Shown: positions 52,869 through 64,000, numbered from the stretch's first letter. The stretch: 64,000 nucleotides of DNA from an uncultured Planctomycetaceae bacterium (GCA_963813715.1 CAWFAK010000007.1:512001-576000); one strand, 5' to 3'. The notes: generated from the sequence alone by a model not told the origin. Numbers and translations: made by a program.

Positions 52869-53883
52869 TTAGCGGGGCAGTCCCATCGTTTCGGGAAAGC
52901 CGTTCATCAGATTGAAATTCTGCACCGCCACGCCCGAGGCTCCCTTGAGCAGGTTGTCGAGCGTGGAGATCACGATCAGCCGGCCGTGCGTCACGCGGGC
53001 CGTCATGTGGCAGTAGTTCGTGTGGGCGACATCCTTCGTCGACGGCAGATGATCGACGACGCGGACGAACGGCTTGCCGTGATAAAAACCGCGCATCGTC
53101 TCGAGCGCGTCGGCCTGCGACAGGCTCCGCAGCGGGCGGGCATACATCGTGCAGAGAATGCCGCGATCCATGGGGACCATGTGCGGCGTGAAGATCGTCT
53201 CGACGGTTTGCCCGCTGGCCTGGCTCGAGCACCTGGTCGATTTCGGGCTCGTGCCGATGATTGCCGACCGAGTAGGCCGAAAAACTCTCGTTGCACTCGC
53301 CATATAAAATGTGGAGCTTGGGCATGCGTCCCGCGCCCGTGATGCCGCTCTTGGCATCGATGATGATGTCCTTGGGCTCGATCAGCTTGTGGCACAAGAA
53401 CGGCGCCAGCCCCAGGATCGAGGTGCTCGTGTAGCAGCCCGGGTTGGCGATCAGGTCGGCCGAGGGGATCTTTTCCGCGAACAGCTCGGGCAGACCGTAG
53501 ACAGTTTTCGGCAGCCGACCAGCATCGGTGTGCGGATGGCCGTACCATTTCTCGTAAACGGCTGCGTCGCGAAAGCGGTAGTCGGCACTCAGATCGACCA
53601 GGCGACAGCGGTGAGCCAGAAAGTCAGGGACGACGCCCATCGCAGCGACGTGTGGCAGAGCCGTAAAAACGAAAGACGCCCGCGCGGCAACTTCCGCGGG
53701 CGTCAGATTCTCGCAAGGAAGCGAAAGCCGGCCGGCCAGCGACGGATGAACCGCCTCAATCGACGGCGACCCCTCCTGCCGCGTGGTCAAGGCGGTAATT
53801 TCCACCTCGGGGTGATTCAGCAGGAGCTTGATCAGCTCCAGAGCCGTATAGCCGCTGGCCCCAACGATTGCGACCTTCACCAT
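52869..53883 (-). CDS. argC: N-acetyl-gamma-glutamyl-phosphate reductase (frameshift near 53225)
   Basis: [50 protein letters not shown]. Confidence 0.95.
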
Positions 53884-54098
53884 GCGACATCTAACTTTCT
53901 GAGGCGAGCGGCTAGTGTCAATTGGCCGGTTCAAATCCGCGGAGCGCAACGCGGCTCACACGATGCGGCTACATTGTACGATTCGTCTCCATGACGACAA
54001 AGAGCCGCGAGACAAGGTTCGCAGCCGGTACGCGTGGCCGGTCCTGGGAAAGGGTCGACGCCTCAATTAGAGTTGTGATCGGGCGAAAAGAGCGCGAA

Positions 54099-55034
54099 AT
54101 GAACGAGTTTCTCTGCCGCGTACTCCTCTGCGGGGCCCTTCTCTGCGGCACCCATCTCCTCAGCGCACCGGCCGGGGCAGCCGAGCCGGGATCCGAGACG
54201 GATTCAACCGACTCGGCGAAGGTTTCAAACAAGGAAGAGGGCACCCGCCGATCGCGTTACTTGAAAGAGCACTCGACGCTGACGAAGCAGGCCTACACCC
54301 AGCTCTTCAGCGGACCCTGCAACCAACGCAACACGCGGGACTGCTTTATTCTGGCGGCGATCGGTTCAATTCCCCTGTCGCAGCGCGAGGCACTCTTCCG
54401 GACGAGCATCACGCGGGAGGAGGATGGCTTCGAGATTCGGTTTCCGATGGGCGTTTCCGACGCGCACGACTCGGTACACGTTTCTAACCGCGATCTCGAG
54501 CCACAAGTGGTCCTCGTCAACGGAAAAAGAGTCGCCTATCAGCCGGTCAACACCACCGCCGGTTGGAAGGCCCTCGAAGCGGCCTACATCCTGCTGGCCT
54601 ACGGACGAGATGCCAACGGCCAGGTGAACCGCCAGGCAGCCGCCTATGGCGATCCGGTCGTCGTGCTGGAGCGCATGGTCAACACGAAGCGGTCGGCCCG
54701 GATTATCATCGGCAACGGCAAGAGCCCGCTGGCCGGCCTCTCGCCCAAGGTTCTGACGTCGGTCCGGCGTGTTTTCGACTCGTTCGACGCCAACCGCCAA
54801 ATGCTGATGCTGGGGAGCCTCGAGGCGTCGGTGAGGGAATTCGTCGTCGACGGCATCAAATTCAACAGACAGCACGCCTACGTCGCCTACGCGGTCGACC
54901 GCAAGAAGCAGTCGGTGACGCTGGTCAATCCTCACGATTCGACCCGGCCGCTTGTCGTCGCGTATGGCACCGTCGCCAGGGCCTTCCGCGTCGTTCGGCG
55001 CCTCGAATTCGACGCACAAAACACCTACCGCTAA
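54099..55034 (+). CDS. Secreted papain-fold cysteine peptidase, calpain (C2)-like
   Basis: Signal peptide; QRNTRDCFILAAIGSI (Q..DC), LEAAY, QHAYV (His), VTLVNPHD (Asn). Confidence 0.6.
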   Translation: MNEFLCRVLLCGALLCGTHLLSAPAGAAEPGSETDSTDSAKVSNKEEGTRRSRYLKEHSTLTKQAYTQLFSGPCNQRNTRDCFILAAIGSIPLSQREALFRTSITREEDGFEIRFPMGVSDAHDSVHVSNRDLEPQVVLVNGKRVAYQPVNTTAGWKALEAAYILLAYGRDANGQVNRQAAAYGDPVVVLERMVNTKRSARIIIGNGKSPLAGLSPKVLTSVRRVFDSFDANRQMLMLGSLEASVREFVVDGIKFNRQHAYVAYAVDRKKQSVTLVNPHDSTRPLVVAYGTVARAFRVVRRLEFDAQNTYR

Positions 55035-55230
55035 ATCACCGTGCGCGATTTTGAGACGCTGGTGGGAAACCCTCGGTCAACGTCCCAAAATTGCGCGCAG
55101 TCGTTTAGGCGACGGCAGACCGCGCGTTGCTTTGAATTCGTGCCCGAACCGGTCAAAATGAGGTCCGATTTCGACGAAGAAACGCGGGCGGGAATCCGCC
55201 GCAACAGGCATTGTGAAAGGCGATTGAGCA

Positions 55231-56458
55231 ATGGCGAACGTGAAACAACTGGCTGAGGCTGCGCTGAACGAGGGTGCCGGTATCCTGCGACTGGCTCCCA
55301 ACTGGGTGCCGCGGTCGTTCCTGCAACCCGGCAAGCGGATCAAGCTGCATCCGGCCGATTATTATCGCGCTCGGCACGCACCGCGGGGGCATCGACGAGC
55401 GCTGGTTCGCCTCCACCACACCGGCCACCAACGAGGGAGCCCCGCCCGACGAAGGGCTAAGCTACGCGGTCTTCGGCAAAGAGCGGTTCACGCTTCGCGA
55501 CGCCGTAGCCGACCTCGGCGCCGAGTTGGTGGGCGATGCGATCTGGAGCGCCTATCACCGCTGGCCCGTCTACTCGAAATTCTTCGACAACATGGGGCCG
55601 ATTCCCCATCACATGCACCAGAACGACGCCCAGGCCAAGCTGGTGAAGCAGGAGGGCAAGCCCGAGTCGTACTACTTCCCGCCGCAGCTCAACGCTATCG
55701 GCAATAATTTTCCATACACGTTCATGGGCCTGGAGCCCGGGACGAGCAAGCAGGACGTGATCCGCTGCCTCGATCGTTGGAACGACGGCGATAACGGCAT
55801 CCTCGACCTGTCAAAGGCCTATCGTTTGAAGCCGGGCACCGGCTGGCTGGTGCCTCCCTGCGTGCTGCACGCCCCGGGCAGCCTCGTCACGTACGAGCCG
55901 CAATGGGGCAGCGACGTGTTCGGCATGTACCAGTCGATGGTGGAAGGCCGCGCCGTTCCCCGCTCGCTCTTGACGAAAGACTTCCCCAAGGAGAAGCACG
56001 ACGACGTCGCCTACCTCGTCGACGCTTTGGATTGGGAAGGGAACGTGAATCCAAACTTCAAGGATTCGCATTACCTCGAGCCGATCCCCGTCGCCCCCAC
56101 CGAGAAGGAAGGCTACGTCGATCGCTGGATCGTGTACGGCAAATTCGCCGGCAAGCAGCTGTTCACGGCTAAGGAGCTGACCGTCGAGCCGGGTGCCAAG
56201 TGCACGATCAAGGATGGCGGCGCCTACGGCTGGATCACCGTCCAGGGCAGCGGCCGCATCGGCAAGCTGCGGCTGGAAACGCCGGCCATGATCCGCTTCG
56301 GCCAGATGACCGAGGACGAAGTCTTCGTCAGCGCCAAAGCGGCGGCTGCCGGCGTCGTCGTCGAGAACACGGGCACGGGCCCGCTCGTCGGCCTCCGCTA
56401 CTTCGGCCCCGACGCCCAACCCAACGCCCCCAACGTCGGCGATCACAAGAAACGCTGA
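55231..56458 (+). CDS. Cupin-fold protein, phosphomannose-isomerase-like (frameshift near 55367)
   Basis: [51 protein letters not shown]. Confidence 0.7.
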
Positions 56459-56538
56459 GCCGAGCGGCGCCATGCGCCATCGACGCCGCGCGCCCATTCC
56501 CATGTCCGGCAGCACCGTATCCCAGACGGAAACTCACT

Positions 56539-57594
56539 ATGACGACTTCCACGCGCAACAACTTTCCCAAACTGCATAACGCGGCCTGGCCGGGGGTCGT
56601 CGGTAAGGGGCCCGATTCTGAGCCGCCGATCGAGCTCGACACGATGCTCGACCTGACGGCAGCGGCAGAGGTTAACGGCACGAAGTTCGACGGGGTCGAC
56701 CTGTTTCTCTTCGCGCCGCACGTCGACATCGATTCGTCGGATGACGATCTTAAACGCTTGGCCGAGCGGGTCCGTTCGCGGAACCTAGTCATCGGCTCGG
56801 TCGTCGCGCCGGTTTGGCCTCCGACCGGGGGCGGTTCCGCGATGGGGAGCGAGGCCGAGCGCAAGGTGTTTTTGGATCAGGTTCGTAAAGGCTGCCGCAT
56901 CGCGCGGCGGCTCAAAGAAATCGGCGCGCGGCCGTACGGGGTTGTGCGGATCGATTCCGCGGCGGGCCCGGGCGACTGGTCGAAGGATCCCGAAACCAAT
57001 CAGCGCCACATCGCCGACACCTTCCGCCAGGCCTGCGACATCGCGGCGGACGCGGGCGAGCGGCTGGCGGCCGAGGGGGAAATCTGCTGGGGGGGCATGC
57101 ACAGCTGGAAGCGGATGCTTCAGCTGCTGGAGCTCGTCGATCGCCCGGGCACACTCGGTTTCCAGGCCGACATGGCCCACACGCTGCTTTACACGCTGGG
57201 ACACAACGCGGCCGAGGATCGCATCCTGCCCGCCAACTTCGATTGGAAAGACCCGGCTCAACTCGATAGCGCGCTGAAGACGCTGACCTCCGCGTTACGA
57301 CCCTGGACGATCGACTTCCATGTCGCCCAGAACGACGCGACGGTCAAAGGCTCCGGCTCCCACGACAAAACGGGCCGTCACTGCCTGCCGAACGATCCGA
57401 ACGGCAAACTGAAAATCGCCCACCACGCCGGCTTCTGGCTCCGCGACAGCTACGGCAACCTGACCAAGCGGCTGCGACACATCTGCTGGGACGGCTGCAT
57501 GTTCTCGAACGAAACGATGATGAAGCCGCAAACTTGGAACGAAATCCTCGCGGCCATGGTCAGCGTCCGCGAAGCACACGGCTGGAAGGAATAG
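56539..57594 (+). CDS. Xylose-isomerase-like TIM barrel sugar isomerase/epimerase
   Basis: [37 protein letters not shown] metal-site pattern. Confidence 0.8.
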   Translation: MTTSTRNNFPKLHNAAWPGVVGKGPDSEPPIELDTMLDLTAAAEVNGTKFDGVDLFLFAPHVDIDSSDDDLKRLAERVRSRNLVIGSVVAPVWPPTGGGSAMGSEAERKVFLDQVRKGCRIARRLKEIGARPYGVVRIDSAAGPGDWSKDPETNQRHIADTFRQACDIAADAGERLAAEGEICWGGMHSWKRMLQLLELVDRPGTLGFQADMAHTLLYTLGHNAAEDRILPANFDWKDPAQLDSALKTLTSALRPWTIDFHVAQNDATVKGSGSHDKTGRHCLPNDPNGKLKIAHHAGFWLRDSYGNLTKRLRHICWDGCMFSNETMMKPQTWNEILAAMVSVREAHGWKE

Positions 57595-57602
57595 GGACAA
57601 TC

Positions 57603-58745
57603 ATGCCCAAGCCACTCAACATCGGTCTGATCGGTTACGGATTCATGGGGCGTGCGCACTCGAACGCGTATCGTCGCGTGAATAATTTCTTTCAACTCGG
57701 GCATAAACCCGTGCTGAAGGCGATTTGCGCCCGCAACGAAGATCAGGCTCAGATCTTCGCCGACACATGGGGTTATGAGTCGATCGAGACCGATTGGAAG
57801 GAGCTGGTCGCGCGGAAGGATATTGACGCCGTCGACATCTGCGTACCGAACAACCTGCATCACGACATCGCCATCGCCGCGGCGCAGGCCGGCAAGATGG
57901 TGCTGTGCGAGAAGCCCCTGTCGATGAACACGGCCGAAGGGTCCAAGATGGTGGAGGCCGTCGAGAAGGCCGGCGTGCCGAACATGGTTTGGTACAACTA
58001 CCGCCGCGTGCCGGCCGTCACGATGGCCAAGCGGCTGATTGAGGAAGGCCGCCTGGGGAGAATCTTTCACTATCGCGCGGTGTTTCTGCAGGACTGGACG
58101 ATCTCGGCTGACCTGCCTCAAGGGGGCACCGGGCTCTGGCGGCTCGATGCCCAGGCGGCCGGCAGCGGCGTCACCGGCGACCTGTTGGCACACTGCATCG
58201 ATACGGCACTTTGGCTTAATGGCAAGATCGACAGCGTTACCGCGATGACCGAGACCTTTATCAAGGAGCGTCCGCACACTCTCACCGGCAAGGTCGAGAA
58301 GGTCGAGATCGACGACGCCTGCGCGTTCCTGGCCCGTTTCGGCAACGGCTCGCTGGGCACCTTCGAGTCGACTCGCTATGCCCGCGGCCACAAGGCACTT
58401 TACACGTTCGAGGTCAACGGCGAGAAAGCCTCGCTCAAATGGGACCTGCACGACCTGCATCGCCTCGAGTATTTCGACCACGGCGACGAAGGAAAGCTTC
58501 GCGGCTGGCGGTCAATTCATGTCACCGATCACGGCGGCGAGCATCCCTACATGGACAAATGGTGGGTCCCTGGGCTGCAGATCGGCTACGAGCACAGCTT
58601 CGTGCACCAGGTGGCCGATTTCCTCTCAGGCCTGGAAACGGGGACGCCGGCCGAGCCGACCTTCAAGACGGCCCTCGAGACGCAGAAGGTCTGCGACGCC
58701 GTGTTGGCGAGCGCCCGGGAAGGCCGCTGGACGAGAATTGCGTAG
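57603..58745 (+). CDS. Cytoplasmic Gfo/Idh/MocA oxidoreductase
   Basis: [31 protein letters not shown]. Confidence 0.92.
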   Translation: MPKPLNIGLIGYGFMGRAHSNAYRRVNNFFQLGHKPVLKAICARNEDQAQIFADTWGYESIETDWKELVARKDIDAVDICVPNNLHHDIAIAAAQAGKMVLCEKPLSMNTAEGSKMVEAVEKAGVPNMVWYNYRRVPAVTMAKRLIEEGRLGRIFHYRAVFLQDWTISADLPQGGTGLWRLDAQAAGSGVTGDLLAHCIDTALWLNGKIDSVTAMTETFIKERPHTLTGKVEKVEIDDACAFLARFGNGSLGTFESTRYARGHKALYTFEVNGEKASLKWDLHDLHRLEYFDHGDEGKLRGWRSIHVTDHGGEHPYMDKWWVPGLQIGYEHSFVHQVADFLSGLETGTPAEPTFKTALETQKVCDAVLASAREGRWTRIA

Positions 58746-58810
58746 CTATTCACAGTTGGCGGCCGGTATAATCGTTGCGTCCTCGGCGCGTTTTCGGGGA
58801 TTCGTTGCAA

Positions 58811-58845
58811 GGGGTCTCGCCACAGACGGCGGACGCCTTTTTTTT
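58811..58845 (+). terminator. Intrinsic terminator-like hairpin
   Basis: GGGGTCTCGCC-ACAGAC-GGCGGACGCC followed by T8. Confidence 0.55.
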
Positions 58846-58936
58846 GTTCGCCCGCGTCAATTCGATCGAGGCGCCGCATTCTCGAATTCGCCGGCCGGCG
58901 GCAGCACAAACCGAACGGCCCGGGGAGTTTGCACGT

Positions 58937-59416
58937 ATGGAAATGCAACCGATTTCACGCGAGGGATACGACAAGCTCCGCGAGGAGATCCGCCGGCTCG
59001 AGGATGACGAAATGCCCCGCATCGCGGCCCAAATCGCTGCCGCCCGAGCCGAGGGGGACTTGAGCGAGAACGCCGAGTACCACGGCCAGCGCGAGGCGCA
59101 GGGCCTGTTGCAGGCCAAGATCAACCAGCTCAAGAGCAAGCTCGGCAACTGCTACATCGCCGACAAGTCGTCCATGCCGAAGGGGGTCGTCGCCTTCGGA
59201 GCCACCGTCACCATCAAGGACCTTTCCGACGGTTCGCTGGAAAAGTACGAGCTGGTCGGGCCGGGCGAAGAAAACTACGACGGCGAAGTGATGAAGATCC
59301 TCACCAGCAGTCCCATCGCGCAAGGCCTGTTGGGGAAAAAAGTGGGCGACTCGGCCGAAGTCACCATTCCCCGCGGTGTGCTGCGGATGAAGATCGTCGA
59401 AATCGCCGACGCCTGA
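58937..59416 (+). CDS. greA: Transcription elongation factor GreA
   Basis: [34 protein letters not shown]. Confidence 0.95.
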   Translation: MEMQPISREGYDKLREEIRRLEDDEMPRIAAQIAAARAEGDLSENAEYHGQREAQGLLQAKINQLKSKLGNCYIADKSSMPKGVVAFGATVTIKDLSDGSLEKYELVGPGEENYDGEVMKILTSSPIAQGLLGKKVGDSAEVTIPRGVLRMKIVEIADA

Positions 59417-59585
59417 GTGTTTTTTGGCCCTCTTGCTCCGCCTGCCGCTCGGTCCCCCTGCCGCTGACTAAACACACCGTCCGCCCGCCGCCGCTTCGCC
59501 CGTGATTGTCTGCCCGCCGGCTCGATTTGACACACCCTCGGACCTCCGAACGGATTCCCCTCCTCCAGCGAAAGAGTTTTCTACC

Positions 59586-60877
59586 GTGCGCCCGAACCTG
59601 TCGGACCTTGGACCTCTTACGCCCGGGGTCACCATCTTGCCGCGCGTCATTGTGGCGGTCTTATCGCTCTTACTCTGCGTAGCGAGCGCGGCCCAAGCCG
59701 ACGATTGGTTTCAATTCCGCGGACCGGACGGCGAAGGTCATTCGACCGCACTGGGTCTGCCGACGCATTGGAGCAAGACGGAGCACGTCCGCTGGCGGCA
59801 GCCGATTCCCGGACGCGGCTGGTCGTCGCCCATCTGCGTCGGAAACCAGATCTTCCTCACCACAGCCGTGCCAAGCGGCTCGACCCATTCACTGCACGTG
59901 CTGTCGCTTGATGCCGTCACCGGCAAGATTTTGTGGGACGAAACGATCTTTGAGCGGTTAGCCACAGACCGTGCCCGCATTCACTCCAAGAATTCGCACG
60001 CGAGCCCCACGCCTCTGGCCGACGGCGGCCGACTGTTCGTTCACTTCGGCACACACGGCACGGCTTGCCTATCGCTCGACGGCAAGGTGCTGTGGAAAAC
60101 GCGCGACCTGGTCTACCAGCCGAACCATGGCAGCGGTGGCTCACCCGTGCTGGTCGACGGGGTGCTCGTGTTTAGCTGTGACGGGGCCGACAAACAGTTT
60201 GTCGCCGCTCTCGACGCCGACACGGGCAAGCTGCGTTGGAAGAAGAACCGCCCCCCCTGCGACGAGCCGAAGAAATTCGCCTTCGGCACGCCGCTGGCGA
60301 TCGAGGTCGATGGTCGCAAGCAGATCGTCAGTCCCGGCGCGAACTGGGTAGTCGCCTACGATCCGCAAACAGGTGACGAAATCTGGCGCGTCCGTTACGA
60401 GGGATATTCGGTGGTGCCCCGGCCCGTGTACGGCAATGGACTCGTCTACCTGTCGACCAGCTTCGACTCCCGCAGGTGCTCGCCATTCGCTCAAATGGCC
60501 ACGGCGACGTGACCGATACTCACGTGGCTTGGCGACAGTCCCGCTCCGCCCCCTCCACTCCGTCACCCCTCTTGATCGGGAACAACCTGTTTCTGATCAG
60601 CGATAGCGGAGTCGCCTCGTGTCTCGATGCCAAGACCGGCAAGCCCCGCTGGACTCATCGCATCGGCGGCACGTTCTCGGCTTCGCCGATGGTCGCCGAG
60701 GGGCGGATCTACTTGTTGAGCGAGATGGGCGAGAGCACGATCTTTCGGGCGACCGGGGAGCGCTACGTCGAAATCGCCCGCAACAAGCTCGACGAGCGGG
60801 CACTCGCCTCGCTGGCGGTAATCGATCGGGGCCTGCTCCTCCGTACGGACGAGGCCCTGTATCGGATCGAGAATTGA
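59586..60877 (+). CDS. PQQ-like/BamB-type beta-propeller protein (frameshift near 60472)
   Basis: DWFQFRGP, GRGWSSP, KNSHASPTP, FSASP repeats. Start uncertain. Confidence 0.85.
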
Positions 60878-60994
60878 GGGCGGATCGAGAATTGAGGGCG
60901 ATCGCCGCAGAGGCGGGTGGGTGGTTTAACCGAAGCTAGCCAAGGACCAAGCGGCTGACTGACATCTCCGGTTCGGCCGACTGCGATTTCTCGC

Positions 60995-61234
60995 TCAGCC
61001 CACTGAGATTTCATTGACCAGCTGCACAGCCGGGGCCGCTGTCAGAATCGCCTGAGTGACCAGCTGCTTGGCGTAATAGGTGGCGGTGCGTCCGGTGACC
61101 ACCAAGCGGTTTTCCCGCTGATGGATGGCCAGTTCGCGAACTTGCTGCTGCGTTTGGCGATGGATGAAGCGAATCAGCTCAGAAAGGCTTGGCGAATTGG
61201 GGCGAGCGGTGGGCTCCGTCGTCACGAACGGCAT
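60995..61234 (-). CDS. Small BON-like domain protein
   Basis: VRELAI..RLVVTGRTATYYAKQLVTQAI..LVNEISV; GGAG ribosome-binding site. Confidence 0.75.
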   Translation of the reverse strand: MPFVTTEPTARPNSPSLSELIRFIHRQTQQQVRELAIHQRENRLVVTGRTATYYAKQLVTQAILTAAPAVQLVNEISVG

Positions 61235-61278
61235 GACAGCTCCAAGTGCGTGCAGTGGCTTGTTTTGAAACGAGCGAT

Positions 61279-61295
61279 AGCGAATGGCGTGCCGG
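61279..61295 (-). promoter_or_regulatory. Putative sigma54 promoter of the BON-like gene
   Basis: Minus strand CCGGCACGCCATTCGCT (GG-N10-GC), about 45 nt upstream of the ATG. Confidence 0.55.
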
Positions 61296-61630
61296 CTCCT
61301 GGGAATCGCAGTTACACCGACCGTTGAGCAGCCGTGGGGCGGGCGATTCGGAGTGTGAATCGGCCTCCCGCGCGTGCTCAGATTTGTCGCAAATCCAGTT
61401 TTGACAAGCAATTTCCGACGATGCCTCAAGCCCGCACACTGGTCAGCTACAAGTGAGCGGCAGCGACAAGTTGGCCCTGACCGGGGCGAGTCGACTCGCC
61501 ACAACCCGAAGGCCAGTGACGCAGGTTTAGGCAGCTCTGAGGAGATTCGTGCAAGCCGATCCGTGGACCGAGTGATCGGCGCGAGCAGGGCGACAGAGTG
61601 CGAGCGTGGCGGAGCGGTCCGGGCGGCAAC

Positions 61631-61665
61631 AAAAAAAGGCTCCGGGAGAAAACTCCGAAGCCCTT
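61631..61665 (-). terminator. Intrinsic terminator
   Basis: Minus strand GGCTTCGGAG-TTTT-CTCCCGGAGCC followed by T7, downstream of ORF 61762-62043. Confidence 0.75.
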
Positions 61666-61761
61666 AGTCTTAGTTCAGAATAGCCGTTGACGACGGAACT
61701 GGTTCGTCAACGATCAGGCGCACGCCGGCGCGCGTGAGCACTCAATCGATCGATCGTGAGC

Positions 61762-62043
61762 CTAGGTCTGGCTCTCGACGTGCGGACCGTGATCGTAGCA
61801 ATCGCTGTGGTGCCATAGCGGCAGACCGGCGGCATAACGCGCGGCCAGCATCAGCACCTTCGCCTCGGAACCCGGCTTCGCGGTGGTCGGGCGGATCGGA
61901 TCGACGCCACGAGCCCGGAATTGCTCTTCGGTATAGTATTCGAGGGTTCCGTCATTCCCTCCGAACTCACTTTCCTCGTCGCTTTCCAGCGTCTCGACGG
62001 CGGGATCCGCACCGAACTCTTCGTCCTCAAAATCAAACGCCAT
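61762..62043 (-). CDS. Small acidic hypothetical protein
   Basis: Acidic N-terminal half; C-terminal motif PTTAKPGSEAKVLMLAARYAAGLPLWH..D; GGAG ribosome-binding site and downstream terminator. Confidence 0.75.
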   Translation of the reverse strand: MAFDFEDEEFGADPAVETLESDEESEFGGNDGTLEYYTEEQFRARGVDPIRPTTAKPGSEAKVLMLAARYAAGLPLWHHSDCYDHGPHVESQT

Positions 62044-62476
62044 TCGTCAGACTCCAACTGTGTTTAAGGATTCGTGCGAAAAGCCAGCCAGGCGCGTTAG
62101 TTGGCCACGGGAATCCCGGAAACCAGGCTTGCACTGCATCGCCGTCGGCATCGCAAACTCAAAGCAGTTCGAGAAACTCAGACGGATCGAATCGGCAAAC
62201 TCATCGACGCAGAAGGCGTCATGCGGGCGGGCCGGAACTTGGGCTGGTCCATCAACCGATTCTTGGGATCTGCGCGCTGATTGTCAATAAAAAAAACGGC
62301 AAAAATGCCGGGGAAAAGCCAACATGATTGCAGCGTAAACTTCTTCAGAATTCTCAATTTTGGGACCGCCGACACAGCTTGCCCGAACGGTACGAATGTT
62401 CGCCGATACGCACGCTCCGCTGAACTCGAACCAAAAATTGGCGTCCGCGCCCCTGACGGTGACGGCCTCGGGGTCG

Positions 62477-64000
62477 CTACCGAACGCGGCGATGCGCGTC
62501 GTACCGCTTGAGCTTTTGGTAAAGCGTGGAGCGCTCGATGCCCAGGATCTCGGCCGTCCGCGTCATGTTCCAGTTCGTGCGTTCCAGCGTGGCCAGGATG
62601 TGCGCCTTTTCGACCAATTCCAGCGAGATATCCCCCTGCGGCTGGTCGATGACGTTCATCGTGGGATCGGACGGCGGCGTCCGCAGGGCGGTTAGCCGAA
62701 TGTCCTCTTCCCGCACGTGGTCGCCCGCACAGAGAATGACCGCCCGCTCCACGACGTTTTGCAATTCGCGGACGTTGCCTGGCCAGTCGTAGTTGGCGAG
62801 CGCGTCGAGGGCGCCGCGGGTGAAGCCGACGACCTGCCGTCCCGTCTTGCGGGCCGAGTTGTGCAAAAAGAACTCGCCCAGGACGGGGATGTCGGAACGC
62901 CGCTTGCGCAATGGCGTGACGGTGATCTCAACGACGTGCAAGCGGAAATAAAGGTCCTTGCGAAAGGTGCCCCGCTCCACTTCGCGTTCGAGGTTCCGGT
63001 TCGTGGCGGCGACGACCCGCACATCGACTTCGACCCGGGTGCGACCGCCGACGCGCTCGAACGGATGCCCCTCGAGTACGCGGAGGAACTTGGCCTGGAT
63101 GCCCAGGCTCATCTCGCCGACTTCATCGAGAAACAGCGTGCCCTTGTTGGCTTGCTCGAATTTGCCGATCTTCCGTTCAGTCGCCCCGGTGAAAGACCCC
63201 TTCTCGTGGCCGAAGAGCTCGCTTTCGAGCAGGCTCTCGGCCAAGGCGGCGCAGTTCATCGTGCAAAACGGGCGGCTTTTGCGATCGCTGCTGAAATGCA
63301 TGGCCTGGGCCACCAGTTCCTTCCCCACACCGCTTTCGCCGCGGATCAACACGGTCGCGTTGGTCGGGGCGAAGCGGGCGATCGTGGCGCGAAGCTCCTC
63401 AACTTCGGGGCTTTGGCCGACGATATGGCTATCCCCCTGCATCTGCTGGCGGAGCGCCTCATAGTCGGTGCGGATACGGTCCAGGCCGCGGGCCAGCGAC
63501 TCTTTCTCTTTCAGATTTCGCAGGGCGACCGCCATTTGATCGGCGACGGCGATGGTGAATTCCAAGTCCTCGGGCTGAAAGGGGTGCTTGGGATCGATGC
63601 AATACAGATGCACCAGTCCGTGGATCAGCGGGCCCAACTGAATCGGCGCGCAGATCACGCTGTCGGCCCGCACTTCGCCCAGGGCATCGCGATCCGAGAT
63701 CCGTGCGTCGTCGCGCACGTCGCGGGCGAGGATCGCTTCCCGCGTCGACAGAACCTGGGTCGACAGGTAGTTGGACACCATGTGATACGGGCTCTCGCCT
63801 CGGGCGCTGTACGCCACGACCGACAGTTGCGCGGCCTGCGCCCCCTCGGCCACGGCCTTGGGCAAAAGCAGCACGGCTCCGATGTCGAAGTTAATGCTGC
63901 CCCGCAACCCCGTGAGCACGACTTCCGCCAGATCCTTGGCTCCGGCGGCAGCCCCCATGTCGAGCGCCAGGCGATAGAGCGACGCCAATTCGCTCTGCGT
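62477..64000 (-). CDS. Sigma54-dependent enhancer-binding protein (GAF + AAA+ + Fis HTH), N-terminus beyond the window
   Basis: GESGVGKE, ESELFGHEKGSFTGA, LFLDEVGE, FRKDLYFRL, WPGNVREL, TAEILGIERSTLY. Confidence 0.95.
   Translation of the reverse strand, partial: TQSELASLYRLALDMGAAAGAKDLAEVVLTGLRGSINFDIGAVLLLPKAVAEGAQAAQLSVVAYSARGESPYHMVSNYLSTQVLSTREAILARDVRDDARISDRDALGEVRADSVICAPIQLGPLIHGLVHLYCIDPKHPFQPEDLEFTIAVADQMAVALRNLKEKESLARGLDRIRTDYEALRQQMQGDSHIVGQSPEVEELRATIARFAPTNATVLIRGESGVGKELVAQAMHFSSDRKSRPFCTMNCAALAESLLESELFGHEKGSFTGATERKIGKFEQANKGTLFLDEVGEMSLGIQAKFLRVLEGHPFERVGGRTRVEVDVRVVAATNRNLEREVERGTFRKDLYFRLHVVEITVTPLRKRRSDIPVLGEFFLHNSARKTGRQVVGFTRGALDALANYDWPGNVRELQNVVERAVILCAGDHVREEDIRLTALRTPPSDPTMNVIDQPQGDISLELVEKAHILATLERTNWNMTRTAEILGIERSTLYQKLKRYDAHRRVR

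Noticed and set aside
52114..53949. Apparent ArgC-ArgJ fusion (611 aa)
   Set aside because: Created by an indel near 53225; argC has its own stop at 52869 and argJ its own RBS and start.
1..64000. tRNA, rRNA, SRP RNA, integrase or transposase genes
   Set aside because: No matching motifs seen by eye in intergenic regions or ORFs.

Overview
GC-rich bacterial chromosome segment, almost certainly from a Planctomycete. The evidence is two DUF1501 genes, two DUF1549/DUF1553 genes, a PPC-domain protein, a PQQ-like propeller, and ffh-rpsP-trmD-rplS without rimM. About 20 genes, including essential ones (pth, ssb), are split by single-base indels, which is best explained by an unpolished long-read assembly. 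Housekeeping content: ffh, rpsP, trmD, rplS, yraN, rplY, pth, rpsF, ssb, rplI, dnaB, greA, argC/argJ, putA, pssA/psd. Most notable: (1) a DUF692 (MNIO) RiPP locus whose Cys-rich precursor has a twin-arginine plus lipobox signal; (2) a four-gene polyamine operon (SpeD-like, deoxyhypusine-synthase-like, AguB, AguA) that reads as a complete arginine-to-homospermidine route; (3) two homologous, oppositely oriented 400-600 bp non-coding elements dense in GGGAY motifs, sharing a conserved head and an identical 15-mer; (4) a 27-bp-period tandem hairpin array between ssb and rplI, and an inverted repeat pair bracketing rpsP; (5) a small methyltransferase/aminotransferase/FMO/GNAT cluster. No rRNA, tRNA, CRISPR array or intact transposase was seen. 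All family calls come from motif recognition by eye; no database search was run.
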